A stretch of 64,000 bases of DNA from an uncultured Dehalococcoidia bacterium (GTDB taxonomy: Bacteria; Chloroflexota; Dehalococcoidia; Lucifugimonadales; JADFKI01), in NCBI GenBank assembly GCA_958295865.1, contig CATQHF010000004.1, positions 576,379 to 640,378 on the forward strand. Reading direction: 5' to 3'. The position numbers and the translations under genes were made by a program. A model generated the notes under the pieces. The model saw only the letters and a program-made list of their open reading frames with translations, was not told the origin of the DNA and ran no database searches. Shown piece after piece: positions 8,028-18,321 of the stretch (position 1 is the first letter of the stretch; every line of letters starts with the position of its first letter).

Positions 8028-10433
8028 ATGACTGAAACATCGGACACACCCGCCTCGCCCGTTGCGAGCTTGCGCCGCTTGCTGAGCCCGAACCGCATCG
8101 CGCTCGGCGCGGCGTATCTGCCGTGGCTTGCGCTGCTGGGGTGGATGGCAAGCGTATCGTGGTTTCTGACCGACGACGCCTTCATCAGCTTCCGCTATGT
8201 CCGCAATCTGCTGAACGGGCACGGGCTGGTGTTCAATGTCGGCGAGCGCGTGGAGGGCTACTCCAACTTCCTGTGGATAATAGAGCTTGCCGCTATATGG
8301 GGCGCGCTGGGCTGGCGTCCCGAACACGCCGCGCCCTGGCTGTCCGTCCTGTTCACGGCGGGAACGCTCGCGCTGATGCTATGGTGGGCGGCGCGCCTGC
8401 CTAGCCTGCGCCATCGCGCGCTTGTGTCTTGGATGGCGCTTGGGCTTGTGTGCGGCAGCGCCACCTTCGCCGTGTGGACATCGGGCGGCGGCTTGGAGAC
8501 GCGCCAGTTCACCTTCTTCATAGTCCTGGCAGTCGTATTCCTGAGCCTGTATCGCAATCGGCGCTGGGGCTTGCTCACGGCGTCGCTCAGCCTTGCGCTT
8601 GCGTCGCTGACGCGCCCGGAGGGTCCGTTGATAGCGGCGTGCTGCTTCGCGTGGTTCGGCGCGCTGCAACTTCCGGCGGCGCTGAGCGCATTGCGCCGCG
8701 CCGCCGAACCGCAGGGCATCGGCATCAAAGACGCAATCGATACCATGGCAAGGCGCATAGACTGGCGGGGGCTGAGTTGCCTGATTGCGCCGGTCGCGCT
8801 GATAGTCGGAGCGCACTTCCTGTTTCGCTACGCCTACTACGGCGAATGGCTGCCGAACACCTACTACGCCAAGCATGTGCGCCCCTGGTACGAGTCCGGG
8901 TTCAAGTATCTATGGGCGGCTGCGCTGGAGACGGGGCTGTATCTCCTGCTGCCATTGGCGTGGTATGCGATGCGGGCGCGCTGGCGGGATGCGCGCGACG
9001 GCATCTATGCCCTGATACTGCTCATCATCGTGCTGCACATGTTATACCTAATGCGTATCGGCGGCGACCACTTCGAGTTCCGCCCGCTGGACTTCTACTG
9101 GCCCCTGCTCGCCATCCCCGCCGCCGACGGCATCGCGCGCATTGGCGGTCTGATTGCGGACAAGGCGCCCACAATACGAACGATTGTACGGGGGGGGGTA
9201 TTTCGGCTTCATCTTTCGGCAGGCTCAGCGCAGCCACATTCGGCAAGCCCGATATGGGCGCACCTATGCGCGCTGCTGCTGTTCGTTCCGGTCGCCTTCT
9301 ACGCCGGAGCTATGCAAGCCGCCCTGCTGTTCGAGGGCGCAAAGATTGACGAGCGCATTGTGATAATTCACATAGAACTAGACGAACGGAACGCCGGCTG
9401 GCTGCTGGCTGCGCCCGGGATGTCCGCGCTCACAGCCATATCCAACGACCTGCGCGGGAGCATCAGCCGGCGTTTTGTGGGGCTGCGCTTCGTGGAGCAT
9501 CGTGAGTTTGCGGATCAACAGATTGGGCGGTATCAGCCCTATGAGGACATGGAGCGCGGAGTAATTCCGCACGACGCGGTTATGGCAGGTGATTCGATAG
9601 GCATCCGGTTCTACCATCTGCAAGATTTGACAGCCATCGATACGCTTGGCTTAACGGACGCTACGGTGGCGCGCAACCCAGTCACAAAGCCTAACAGCGA
9701 GCGCGTTATGGCGCACGACCGACGGCGGCCGCCCGGCTACCTGGAAGAGCGCGGGGTGAACATAGATGTTCACCCGTCGGCCGATACCGCGGAGCAAGCC
9801 CTCGATACAGCGCAATACGCGGTATCGTTCGGCCCAAACTTGTGGATGCCCTTCGACTCAGCAGACCATCAATGGGCGCTCAGCAGCTTTGCGGGGCAAG
9901 CCTTGCGCTTCGAGAGGGGTCTTGTGAACGAACATCCAACCGACATATCCGACAACCGGCTTATCCACGACGACGGCAGCCTGTACATTGGCGATCGGTT
10001 TATCGGCAACTTTGAAAGCGGCATGGACGGGTGGCGCGCGGAAGGCGATGCGGTTACAAATCACGCCGACTTCGAGCAGTACCGAGGGCAGCAGCGTATT
10101 AGCGGCAATATCGGCTCCGGCTTCTTGACCAGCTATCACCCTACCGAAGGGGATAATCCAACAGGCAGCGCGACCTCGCCGCCGTTCATCGCAGACGCTG
10201 ACCATTATCTGGCATTCCTCATCGCAGGCGGAAAGGGCGACGGCGTGGGCGTGCGGCTTCTGGTCGACGGCGATGAGGCGTCGGTCTGGCGCGGACGGAA
10301 TACGGAGGCGTTCAGAACGGTCAGCCTTCCGCTCGCCGAATTCGCCGGCAAGACGCTGCGGTTGCAGCTCTTCGACGACGAAACCGGGAGGTGGGGACAC
10401 ATTATGCTCGACCACGCAATTCTGCTGCGATAA
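8028..10433 (+). CDS. GT-C-like membrane glycosyltransferase with lectin-like C-terminus, copy 2
   Basis: 801-aa near-identical paralog of copy 1. It has a 9-nt in-frame indel leaving a G9 run at 9190..9198. Confidence 0.75.
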   Translation: MTETSDTPASPVASLRRLLSPNRIALGAAYLPWLALLGWMASVSWFLTDDAFISFRYVRNLLNGHGLVFNVGERVEGYSNFLWIIELAAIWGALGWRPEHAAPWLSVLFTAGTLALMLWWAARLPSLRHRALVSWMALGLVCGSATFAVWTSGGGLETRQFTFFIVLAVVFLSLYRNRRWGLLTASLSLALASLTRPEGPLIAACCFAWFGALQLPAALSALRRAAEPQGIGIKDAIDTMARRIDWRGLSCLIAPVALIVGAHFLFRYAYYGEWLPNTYYAKHVRPWYESGFKYLWAAALETGLYLLLPLAWYAMRARWRDARDGIYALILLIIVLHMLYLMRIGGDHFEFRPLDFYWPLLAIPAADGIARIGGLIADKAPTIRTIVRGGVFRLHLSAGSAQPHSASPIWAHLCALLLFVPVAFYAGAMQAALLFEGAKIDERIVIIHIELDERNAGWLLAAPGMSALTAISNDLRGSISRRFVGLRFVEHREFADQQIGRYQPYEDMERGVIPHDAVMAGDSIGIRFYHLQDLTAIDTLGLTDATVARNPVTKPNSERVMAHDRRRPPGYLEERGVNIDVHPSADTAEQALDTAQYAVSFGPNLWMPFDSADHQWALSSFAGQALRFERGLVNEHPTDISDNRLIHDDGSLYIGDRFIGNFESGMDGWRAEGDAVTNHADFEQYRGQQRISGNIGSGFLTSYHPTEGDNPTGSATSPPFIADADHYLAFLIAGGKGDGVGVRLLVDGDEASVWRGRNTEAFRTVSLPLAEFAGKTLRLQLFDDETGRWGHIMLDHAILLR

Positions 10434-10509
10434 TCCGAAAATATCCCGTCCCATGTGGGATGGTTTCTACTGACAGACTGACAACTCAAAGGCTAACCGC
10501 CCTTATAAT

Positions 10510-12924
10510 ATGACTGAAACATCGGACACACCCACCCCGCCCGTTGCGCGCTTGCGCCGCTTGCTTAACAACCCGAACCGCATCGCGCTCGGCGCGGCGT
10601 ATCTGCCGTGGCTTGCGCTGCTGGGGTGGATGGCAAGCGTATCGTGGTTTCTGACCGACGACGCCTTCATCAGCTTCCGCTATGTCCGCAACCTGCTGAA
10701 CGGGCACGGGCTGGTGTTCAATGTTGGCGAGCGCGTGGAGGGCTACTCCAACTTCCTGTGGATAATAGAGCTTGCCGCTATATGGGGCGCGCTGGGCTGG
10801 CGTCCCGAACACGCCGCGCCTTGGCTGTCCGTCCTGTTCACGGCGGGAACGCTCGCGCTGATGCTATGGTGGACGGCGCGCCTGCCCGAATTGCGCCATC
10901 GCGCGCTTGTGTCTTGGATGGCGCTTGGGCTTGTGTGCGGCAGCGCCACCTTCGCCGTGTGGACATCGGGCGGCGGCTTGGAGACGCGCCAGTTCACCTT
11001 CTTCATCGTGGCTGCCGTCGTATGCCTGAGCCTATATCGCAATCGGCGCTGGGGCTTGCTCGCGGCGTCGCTCAGCCTTGCGCTTGCGTCGCTGACGCGC
11101 CCGGAAGGTCCGTTGATTGCGGCGTGCTGCTTCGCGTGGTTCGGCGCGCTGCAACTTCCGGCGGCGTTGAGCGCATTGCGCCACGCCGCCGAACCGCAGG
11201 GCATCGGCATCAAAGACGCAATCGCTACCATGGCAAGGCGCATAGACTGGCGCGCGCTGCTATGCCTGATTGCGCCGGTCGCGCTGATAGTCGGAGCGCA
11301 CTTCCTGTTTCGCTACGCCTACTATGGCGAATGGCTGCCGAACACCTACTACGCCAAGCATGTGCGCCCGTGGTACGAGTCCGGGTTCAAGTATCTGGGG
11401 GCGGCTGCGCTGGAAACGGGGCTGTATCTCCTGCTGCCATTGGCGTGGTATGCGATGCGCGCGCGCTTGCGGGATGCGCGCGACGGCATCTATGCCCTGA
11501 TACTGCTCATCATCGCGGCGCACATGTTATACCTAATGCGTATCGGCGGCGACCACTTCGAGTTCCGCCCGCTGGACTTCTACTGGCCCCTGCTCGCCAT
11601 CCCCGCCGCCGACGGCATCGCGCGCATTGGCGGCCTGATTGGGGACAAGGCGCCCACAATACGAATGCTTGTACGAAGGAGGAGGGGGGTATTTCGGCTT
11701 CACCTTTCGGCAGGCTCAGCGCAGCCACATTCGGCAAGCCCGATATGGTCGCACCTATGCGCGCTGCTGCTGTTCGTTCCGGTCGCCTTCTACGCCGGGG
11801 CTATGCAAGCCGCCCTGCTGTTCGAGAGCGCAAAGATTGACGAGCGCATTTGGCGAGTTCACACAGAGCTAGACGAACGGAACGCCGGCTGGCTGCTGGC
11901 TGCGCCCGGGATGTCCGCGCTCACAGCCATATCCAACGACCTGCGCGGGAGCATCGTCCAGAATTCTGTGGGTATGCGGTTCGTGGAGCATCGTGAGTTT
12001 GCGGATGTACGGCTTCGGCAGTATCAGCCCTATGAGGCCATGGAGCGCGGAGTAATTCCGCACGACGCGATTATGTCAAGTGGTTCGCTAGGCATCCGGT
12101 TCTACCATCTGCAAGATTTGACAGTCATCGATAGGCATGGCTTAACGGACGCTACGGTGGCGCGCAACCCAGTCACAAAGCCTAACAGCGAGCGCAATAT
12201 AGCGCACGACCGAGAGCCGCCGCACGGCTACCTGGAAGAGCGCGGGGTGAACATCTATGTTCACCAGTCGGCCGATACTGCGGAGAAAGCCCTTGCCCGC
12301 GCGCAATACGCGGTATCGTTCGGCCCAAACTTATGGATGCCCTTCGACTCAACAGACCCTCAATGGGCGCTCAGCAGCTTTGCGGGACAAGCCTTGCGCT
12401 TCAAGAGCGCTCTTGTGAGCGAACATCCAACCGACATATCCGACAACCGGTTTCTCCACGGCGACGGCAGCCTGTCCATTGGCGATCGGTTTATCGGCAA
12501 CTTTGAAAGCGGCATGGACGGGTGGCGCGCAGAAGGCGATGCGGTTACAAATCACGCCGACTTCGAGCAGTACCGAGGGCAGGAGCGTATTAGCGGCAAT
12601 ATCGGCTCCGGCTTCTTGACCAGCTATCACCCTACCGAAGGGGATAATCCAACAGGCAGCGCGACCTCGCCGCCGTTCATCGCAGACGCTGACCATTATC
12701 TAGCATTCCTCATCGCAGGCGGGAAGGGCGCCGGCGTGGGCGTGCGGCTTCTGGTCGACGGCGATGTGGCGTCGGTCTGGCGCGGACGGAATACGGAGGC
12801 GTTCAGAACGGTCATCTATCCGCTCGCCGAATTCGCCGGCAAGACGCTGCGGTTGCAGCTCTTCGACTACGAAACCGGGGAATGGGGACACATTATGCTC
12901 GACCACGCAATTCTGCTGCGATAA
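10510..12924 (+). CDS. GT-C-like membrane glycosyltransferase with lectin-like C-terminus, copy 3
   Basis: 804-aa near-identical paralog of copies 1 and 2. ORF 10608..11840 is an alternative-frame shadow. Confidence 0.75.
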   Translation: MTETSDTPTPPVARLRRLLNNPNRIALGAAYLPWLALLGWMASVSWFLTDDAFISFRYVRNLLNGHGLVFNVGERVEGYSNFLWIIELAAIWGALGWRPEHAAPWLSVLFTAGTLALMLWWTARLPELRHRALVSWMALGLVCGSATFAVWTSGGGLETRQFTFFIVAAVVCLSLYRNRRWGLLAASLSLALASLTRPEGPLIAACCFAWFGALQLPAALSALRHAAEPQGIGIKDAIATMARRIDWRALLCLIAPVALIVGAHFLFRYAYYGEWLPNTYYAKHVRPWYESGFKYLGAAALETGLYLLLPLAWYAMRARLRDARDGIYALILLIIAAHMLYLMRIGGDHFEFRPLDFYWPLLAIPAADGIARIGGLIGDKAPTIRMLVRRRRGVFRLHLSAGSAQPHSASPIWSHLCALLLFVPVAFYAGAMQAALLFESAKIDERIWRVHTELDERNAGWLLAAPGMSALTAISNDLRGSIVQNSVGMRFVEHREFADVRLRQYQPYEAMERGVIPHDAIMSSGSLGIRFYHLQDLTVIDRHGLTDATVARNPVTKPNSERNIAHDREPPHGYLEERGVNIYVHQSADTAEKALARAQYAVSFGPNLWMPFDSTDPQWALSSFAGQALRFKSALVSEHPTDISDNRFLHGDGSLSIGDRFIGNFESGMDGWRAEGDAVTNHADFEQYRGQERISGNIGSGFLTSYHPTEGDNPTGSATSPPFIADADHYLAFLIAGGKGAGVGVRLLVDGDVASVWRGRNTEAFRTVIYPLAEFAGKTLRLQLFDYETGEWGHIMLDHAILLR

Positions 12925-13001
12925 CCCGCGAAGAGCCTACCCTGTCCATCACCGCAAAATCCCGCCCCATGTGGGATGGTTTCTTCTGACCGCCCGACGC
13001 C

Positions 13002-14045
13002 CTACTCCATCGTCAGCACCAGCTTGCCGAAGAAGTTCAGCGCCTCCATCGTCTCATGCGCCTTCGCAGCGTCCTCAAGCGCGAACGTCTCGTGTATCAC
13101 GCCGCGAATTACGCCGCGCCCAGCAAGCTCCACTATCTGCCGCAGGTCATCCTTCCGCCCCATGAACACGCCAAATACCGTATGGTAGCGCAGGAACATC
13201 AGCCCCATCTGCAACTCCGCCCTGTATCCGCTCGTCACGCCGCAAATGCCATAGCGTCCGCCCATCGCAAGCGACCTTATCGCCGCCGGATAGAAGTCCG
13301 CGCCCACATGGTCGAGCACGACATCTACGCCCTGCCCGCCCGTAATCTGCTTCACGCGCTCCGCGACATCCTCCGTCGTATAGTCGATGACCGCATCCGC
13401 GCCCAACTCCCGCGCCTTCTGCGCCTTCTCTTGGCTGCTGGTGGTGGTGATGACCTTTGCGCCTATGACATTCTTGGCGACCTGTATGCCCGCCGTGCCA
13501 ACGCCGCTGGACGCCGACGGAATTAGCAGCGTCTCCCACGCCTTCAGTCGCGCCCTGCGAATTAGAATTGTCCAGCAAGGCAGAAACACCGTCGGCAGCG
13601 ACGCCGCCTGCTCATACGACAGGGATTCCGGTATCGGCACGACATTGGCAGCCGGCGCTCTCACATACTCCGCATAGCCGCCGCTGAGCGTAGAGCCGAG
13701 CATCCCCGCGCTGCCGCAAAGCTCCTCCTCGCCTGCGAGGCAGAAGCGACACTGATTGCAAGTAATGCGCGGATTGACCACGACCCTGTCCCCCGCCTTT
13801 ATGTGCATCACCTCGCCGCCCGTCTCCGCCACATCGCCCGCCACATCGCCGCCAAGCACATGCGGCTGCCCCCCAAAGCGTATCCGCGTGCCGCGCGCCC
13901 CCGCCCGCGTATAGACATCCAGCCTGTTCAGAGCGCACGCGCGCACCCGCACCTTGACATCGTTCGCCCCAACCGCAGGCTCCGGCAGCTCGCCGTAAGT
14001 CAGCGCATCAACCCCGCCATGCTCAGTAATATAAACCGCCTTCAT
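13002..14045 (-). CDS. Zinc-binding medium-chain alcohol dehydrogenase/oxidoreductase (MDR family)
   Basis: 347 aa with the GroES-like N-terminus GDRVVVNP and the structural-zinc Cys cluster CNQCRFCLAGEEELC. The Rossmann segment is SASSGVGTAGIQVAK. Confidence 0.9.
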   Translation of the reverse strand: MKAVYITEHGGVDALTYGELPEPAVGANDVKVRVRACALNRLDVYTRAGARGTRIRFGGQPHVLGGDVAGDVAETGGEVMHIKAGDRVVVNPRITCNQCRFCLAGEEELCGSAGMLGSTLSGGYAEYVRAPAANVVPIPESLSYEQAASLPTVFLPCWTILIRRARLKAWETLLIPSASSGVGTAGIQVAKNVIGAKVITTTSSQEKAQKARELGADAVIDYTTEDVAERVKQITGGQGVDVVLDHVGADFYPAAIRSLAMGGRYGICGVTSGYRAELQMGLMFLRYHTVFGVFMGRKDDLRQIVELAGRGVIRGVIHETFALEDAAKAHETMEALNFFGKLVLTME

Positions 14046-14263
14046 TCAAAACTCCCCCATTCCTCAGATTTTTCGCCCGCGCCTCCACTCACCGGATCCC
14101 CAATGCCCAAAGCGCAAATCTATTGTACATCACCCACTCACGGCGCATTGGCGTTAGCAAAAGGAAGAAAAGCGGCTTCCCGTATTTGCCATTGCGCCAT
14201 ATCTTGATATGATAACGATAGCCCTATGAGAAAACCCGAACCGAACCAAGCGGAGGTTGAACG

Positions 14264-16120
14264 ATGGCAGACCGAATCGAAGAACTCATGACACCCGACT
14301 ACCGAAATAAGATAGTGCGCGACACCCTCTCATCGCTAGGCAAACTTTCCAAGGAAACACGCTCCCATTTTGAAGGCGCTATTCGCAGGGGAGGCGGCAT
14401 CAGAGGCTTTCAAGACCCGTTCAAAGCGCCGCGCCCCTTGCTCCAATCCCATATAGTAGAGCGAATGAACCGCTACCCACAGTTCAAGTTCATCGTCCTC
14501 AATGTATGGTCTGAAACTCTCCCCGCCCTGCATGATGCGGTACGCGCACGCTTCCTAGACCTGCAAGACCAACTCGACGCCGACGCCCACCCGGAGATAT
14601 GGACGGAACAGGTGGAGCAGATCGCCGAAAGCGACGACGAGTTCACCCAGTCGGACACGGAATTGATGATGCTCTATACGGCGCATCTGATAGCAGAAAT
14701 AGGCAGAGGGATACTGAATGACGGTCCCATCAGCGAGGACGATGACCCCCCCGTCGCCATCGTCCTGGACAGAACCCTGAGCATCCTGCGCGAGACGCCC
14801 GCCGGCGATCCCGAATGGAACGACGAGATTCCGCTCTTTGCGGAGATGCTTGCCGAACTCATCGCCGAGAAAAAGAACAGCCGCGCGAATAGCCTGCTGG
14901 ACGACCTGAAGCGCCTTCACAGTGATTTCGAGCCTGAGCTGGCTTTCTTCAACTGGCAATCGGACGAATGGGACGCCGACGCCATCGCCAAATTGGACAA
15001 CCTCGCTGAGTTGACGCGCCTGCATGACCGGCTGGAACTCGCGCTCGTAGCATACCGGCCGGTCAGAGAGCAGGCGGACAACCTCGCCGAAGAGCGCGAG
15101 CGCCGGTATATGCGCCACGAATGCGAAGAAACCATCGAGCGCCTGCTCAACGCCATGAACGAGCTGATGCAAGCGCCCGTCACCCCCGACGACAACCCGC
15201 CCGCAGGCGTCGCGCCCGACAAGGCCGCGCCGCCCGCAAGCCAAGCCGAAGACGCGCCCGCGCCGCCCGCGCTCGACTCGGACGCCGCCCCTGAAGCGCA
15301 TACGGCGCAGCAACCCGCAGACGCCGCGCCAAGCGCCGATGACGAAACCGTCGCCAAGCTGCAAGACGAAATCAACGCGCTCAAGCAGGCGACCGCCACG
15401 CTGGAAGACAGGAAGCGCGCGCTGGAGCAGACAACCGCAGCGCTGGAAGACGGGAAGCGCGCGCTAGAGCAGGCGAACGACGCCCTGTATGACGCCAACT
15501 ATGCGCTCAAAGGCGAAGTGCAGGGACTCGACGCCGACAAGCAGATACTCGCCGAGGAAGCGGCAGACTTCAAGGAGAGACTGCGAATAAGCGAAGCGCA
15601 GGAAATCTACTGGCGCAACATGTACGAAACCGAAATGAGCAGCAAAGGCTCGCCCACCCCCGGCGCCATCCCCTCTGAAATCGAAAGCGTGAAGCATGCC
15701 ATCGAACTCGCAAAGACACGACACAGCGACAGCCTATTGATCCACCTCAACAAGAAATCCGATCCCGACTACAACTACAACCGCCCCAAAGAAATCTGGG
15801 ACGCGCTAGACTGGCTTGCGAGAACCTACCGCCCGACGAAGACCGGCGAAATCAGAATCAAGGACCTGAACGAATCCCTGCGGAACACCTGCGGCAGCTG
15901 GGAATACAAGCCCAACCAGACCGACATCACCGTGAATACCAACCGCGAGTGGTACACCACAACCGTGGACGGCGTCACTTATGAACTGCGAAAGCATATC
16001 GGCAGAGGCATCTCGAGACGGGACAACAACATCATACGAATCGCCTTCGACTGGGACGAGCCGTCGCAGCGCGTAGTCATCGGCTTCATCGGCGCACACC
16101 AGCGCAACCGCAGTTCCTGA
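14264..16120 (+). CDS. Hypothetical acidic coiled-coil protein with a globular C-terminal domain
   Basis: 618-aa ORF with SD gcggagg upstream. It has an acidic helical N-terminal half and a Pro/Ala-rich linker. A duplicated heptad-like segment reads ATLEDRKRALEQTTAALEDGKRALEQ. The C-terminus ends ...YELRKHIGRGISRRDNNIIRIAFDWDEPSQRVVIGFIGAHQRN. I recognised no named family. Confidence 0.7.
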   Translation: MADRIEELMTPDYRNKIVRDTLSSLGKLSKETRSHFEGAIRRGGGIRGFQDPFKAPRPLLQSHIVERMNRYPQFKFIVLNVWSETLPALHDAVRARFLDLQDQLDADAHPEIWTEQVEQIAESDDEFTQSDTELMMLYTAHLIAEIGRGILNDGPISEDDDPPVAIVLDRTLSILRETPAGDPEWNDEIPLFAEMLAELIAEKKNSRANSLLDDLKRLHSDFEPELAFFNWQSDEWDADAIAKLDNLAELTRLHDRLELALVAYRPVREQADNLAEERERRYMRHECEETIERLLNAMNELMQAPVTPDDNPPAGVAPDKAAPPASQAEDAPAPPALDSDAAPEAHTAQQPADAAPSADDETVAKLQDEINALKQATATLEDRKRALEQTTAALEDGKRALEQANDALYDANYALKGEVQGLDADKQILAEEAADFKERLRISEAQEIYWRNMYETEMSSKGSPTPGAIPSEIESVKHAIELAKTRHSDSLLIHLNKKSDPDYNYNRPKEIWDALDWLARTYRPTKTGEIRIKDLNESLRNTCGSWEYKPNQTDITVNTNREWYTTTVDGVTYELRKHIGRGISRRDNNIIRIAFDWDEPSQRVVIGFIGAHQRNRSS

Positions 16121-16217
16121 ATGTCCGACGAATGTTGACATCCCCACACACCAATCATTAGGCTTGCGTCATAGGCGCGGAAGCCACAGACACGCCCCAA
16201 TAATCAGGAGGTATCAC

Positions 16218-17171
16218 ATGGAGTTCGGATTTGGAGTGCCCAGCCGCGGCCCCTTGGCATCGCTGGACAACATCATCACGCTGGCGCGGCAGGGCGAGCA
16301 AATGGGCTTTGACATCCTGACCGTCAGCGACCATATCGTCGTACCCACAGCCATAGATTCCATCTATCCGTACAACGAAAGCGGGGAGTTCGTCAGCTCG
16401 ACATCCGGCGAGTACATGGAGCAGCTCGCCACCATCAGCTACCTCGCGGGCATCACATCCACCATAAAGCTGCTCACATCCGTCATGGTGCTGCCGCACC
16501 GCAGCCCCGTGCTGACGGCAAAGATTCTGGCGACCATAGACGTGCTCTCCAACGGGCGGCTCATAGTCGGCTGTGGCGTCGGCTGGATGCGCGAGGAGTT
16601 CGAGGCAATCGGCGCGCCGCCTTATGAGGAGCGCGGCGCGGTGAGCAACGAATACCTAGCGGCGTTCAAAGAGCTATGGACAAGCGACAACCCGTCCTTT
16701 GAGGGCAAATACTGCGCCTTCTCAGACATCAGCTTCGCCCCCAAGCCCGTGCAGCAGCCGCACCCGCCGCTATGGATTGGCGGCGAAAGCCCGCCCGCGC
16801 TGCGTCGCGCCGCCCAACTCGGCGACGCATGGTATCCGATATGCAGCAACCCGCGCTTCCCGGTCGGCACATTCGACCAACTCGCCGCCTACATGAGCCG
16901 CGTGCGAGCCAACGCCGAAGCCGCCGGCAGAGACGCCGCCACGCTCGACTTCGCATACAGCGTCAACTGGTACAGCGACACAGGCGCGCAGGACGCCGAC
17001 GGCGAGCGACGCCTGCTCACCGGCGACCCCGCCCAAGTCGCCGCCGACATCGACCGCCTAGAGCAAATGGGCATCAACCACCTAATGCTGAACTTCCCCG
17101 CCGACTCCCTAGACGACACACTCGGCGGCATGGACAGGTTCACCAACAAAGTCAAGCCCCTGCTGAGCTAG
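16218..17171 (+). CDS. LLM-class F420-dependent (luciferase-like) oxidoreductase
   Basis: MEFGFGVPSRGPLASLDNIITLARQGEQMGFDILTVSDHIVVP is a typical luciferase-like monooxygenase N-terminus. SD caggagg lies 6 nt upstream of the ATG at 16218. The track ORF starts earlier, at 16164. Confidence 0.85.
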   Translation: MEFGFGVPSRGPLASLDNIITLARQGEQMGFDILTVSDHIVVPTAIDSIYPYNESGEFVSSTSGEYMEQLATISYLAGITSTIKLLTSVMVLPHRSPVLTAKILATIDVLSNGRLIVGCGVGWMREEFEAIGAPPYEERGAVSNEYLAAFKELWTSDNPSFEGKYCAFSDISFAPKPVQQPHPPLWIGGESPPALRRAAQLGDAWYPICSNPRFPVGTFDQLAAYMSRVRANAEAAGRDAATLDFAYSVNWYSDTGAQDADGERRLLTGDPAQVAADIDRLEQMGINHLMLNFPADSLDDTLGGMDRFTNKVKPLLS

Positions 17172-17216
17172 CCGGTATGCCGACAGACAACGGCAGCGTT
17201 CCATTCACGCGGTAAC

Positions 17217-17305
17217 TCCTTCGTCATTCCTGCGAAAGAAAGTCACCCCTGCGGAAGCAAGGGCAGGAATCCGGCGCTTTGAGATAACCTAAAATATACG
17301 GTTGA
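17217..17305. repeat. MITE-B fragment
   Basis: ttcgtcattcctgcgaaagaaagtcacccctgcggaagcaagggcaggaatccggcgctttgagataacctaaaatata matches the other MITE-B copies. Confidence 0.7.
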
Positions 17306-17325
17306 CAACCTAAAGGAACTAACCA

Positions 17326-18051
17326 ATGCAATCCGACAACCTACTAGCCCTGCCCGAAGATTGGGACTGCCTACTCGCCATCGCCGCGCACCCCGACGAC
17401 TTGGAATATGGCGCGGCGAGCGCGATAGCCCGCTGGACTTCTCAGGGCAAGCGCGTCATCTACCTGATGGTAACCAGCGGCGAGGCCGGCATAGACAAAA
17501 TTGAGCCGCAAGAGGCGGGCCCATTGCGCGAGCAGGAAGAGATCGCGAGCGCCGCCGTCGTCGGCGTGGGCACCGTAGAGTTCCTGAACTACACCGACGG
17601 CGTCATAGAGTACGGCTTGCCCCTGCGCCGCGACCTAGCGCGCGCAATCCGCAAGCATCGTCCCGACGTGGTGCTCACCAACAACTTCGATCTGCGCTGG
17701 GCAGGCGGCAACTTCAACATGGCAGACCATCGCGCCGTCGGCCTGGCGACGCTGGACGCGGCGCGCGACGCAGGCAACCGCTGGATATTCCCCGAACTGC
17801 TGGACGAAGGCAGCGAACCATGGAACGGCGTGCGCTTCGTGATGACCGGCGGCGCGACAGGCTCAACCCACGCCGTAGATGTAACCGATTTCATAGAAAA
17901 GGGCATCGAATCACTCGAAGAACACTACGTCTATATCGCCAACCTCGGCGTGGACTTCGACCCGGAGACATTCCTAGCATTCAACGCCGCAGCCACCGGC
18001 GAGCGCGCGGGCTGCGACTACGCCGTCGGCTTCGAAGTCTTTCAGATGTAA
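17326..18051 (+). CDS. PIG-L family deacetylase (LmbE/MshB-like)
   Basis: The AIAAHPDDLEYGAASAI zinc-binding motif near the N-terminus is typical of the PIG-L fold. 241 aa, SD aaagga. Confidence 0.85.
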   Translation: MQSDNLLALPEDWDCLLAIAAHPDDLEYGAASAIARWTSQGKRVIYLMVTSGEAGIDKIEPQEAGPLREQEEIASAAVVGVGTVEFLNYTDGVIEYGLPLRRDLARAIRKHRPDVVLTNNFDLRWAGGNFNMADHRAVGLATLDAARDAGNRWIFPELLDEGSEPWNGVRFVMTGGATGSTHAVDVTDFIEKGIESLEEHYVYIANLGVDFDPETFLAFNAAATGERAGCDYAVGFEVFQM

Positions 18052-18321
18052 CCCGCCTCAAATCCCATCCCGTACACCTATGCCAACCCTCACCCCGTTG
18101 AAAACCAAACCCCCGACAGGCGCGCTACTGGCAGCAGCGCCCCCTGAGGTCTTTCAATTGAAAACCCGAACCCTTTCAATTGTCACCCCGAACGGAGTGA
18201 GGGGTCTAAAATCCTTGCCATATCGGGCGTGTCGCTGGCAAGGATTTTAGATTTCTCGCTGCACTCGAAATGACATTTAGGGAAGGCGCGGAATGACAGT
18301 GAGAGCGATGCCTTGACGATT

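Larger units (their letters stand above)
5467..12980 (+). repeat. Head-to-tail tandem triplication of a ~2.5-kb unit (leader + GT-C-like gene + tail)
   Basis: The same leader, ctactgacagactgacaactcaaaggctaacc, occurs at about 5470, 7985 and 10468. The same tail, atcccg.cccatgt.ggatggtttct, follows each gene. ORF start-to-start offsets are 2516 and 2482 nt. Confidence 0.9.

Noticed and set aside
12925-13001. A possible terminator hairpin (atccc...gggat) in the tail that follows each GT-C copy.
   Set aside because: The stem is only about 5 bp with a 9-nt loop and no U-tract. This is too weak to call.
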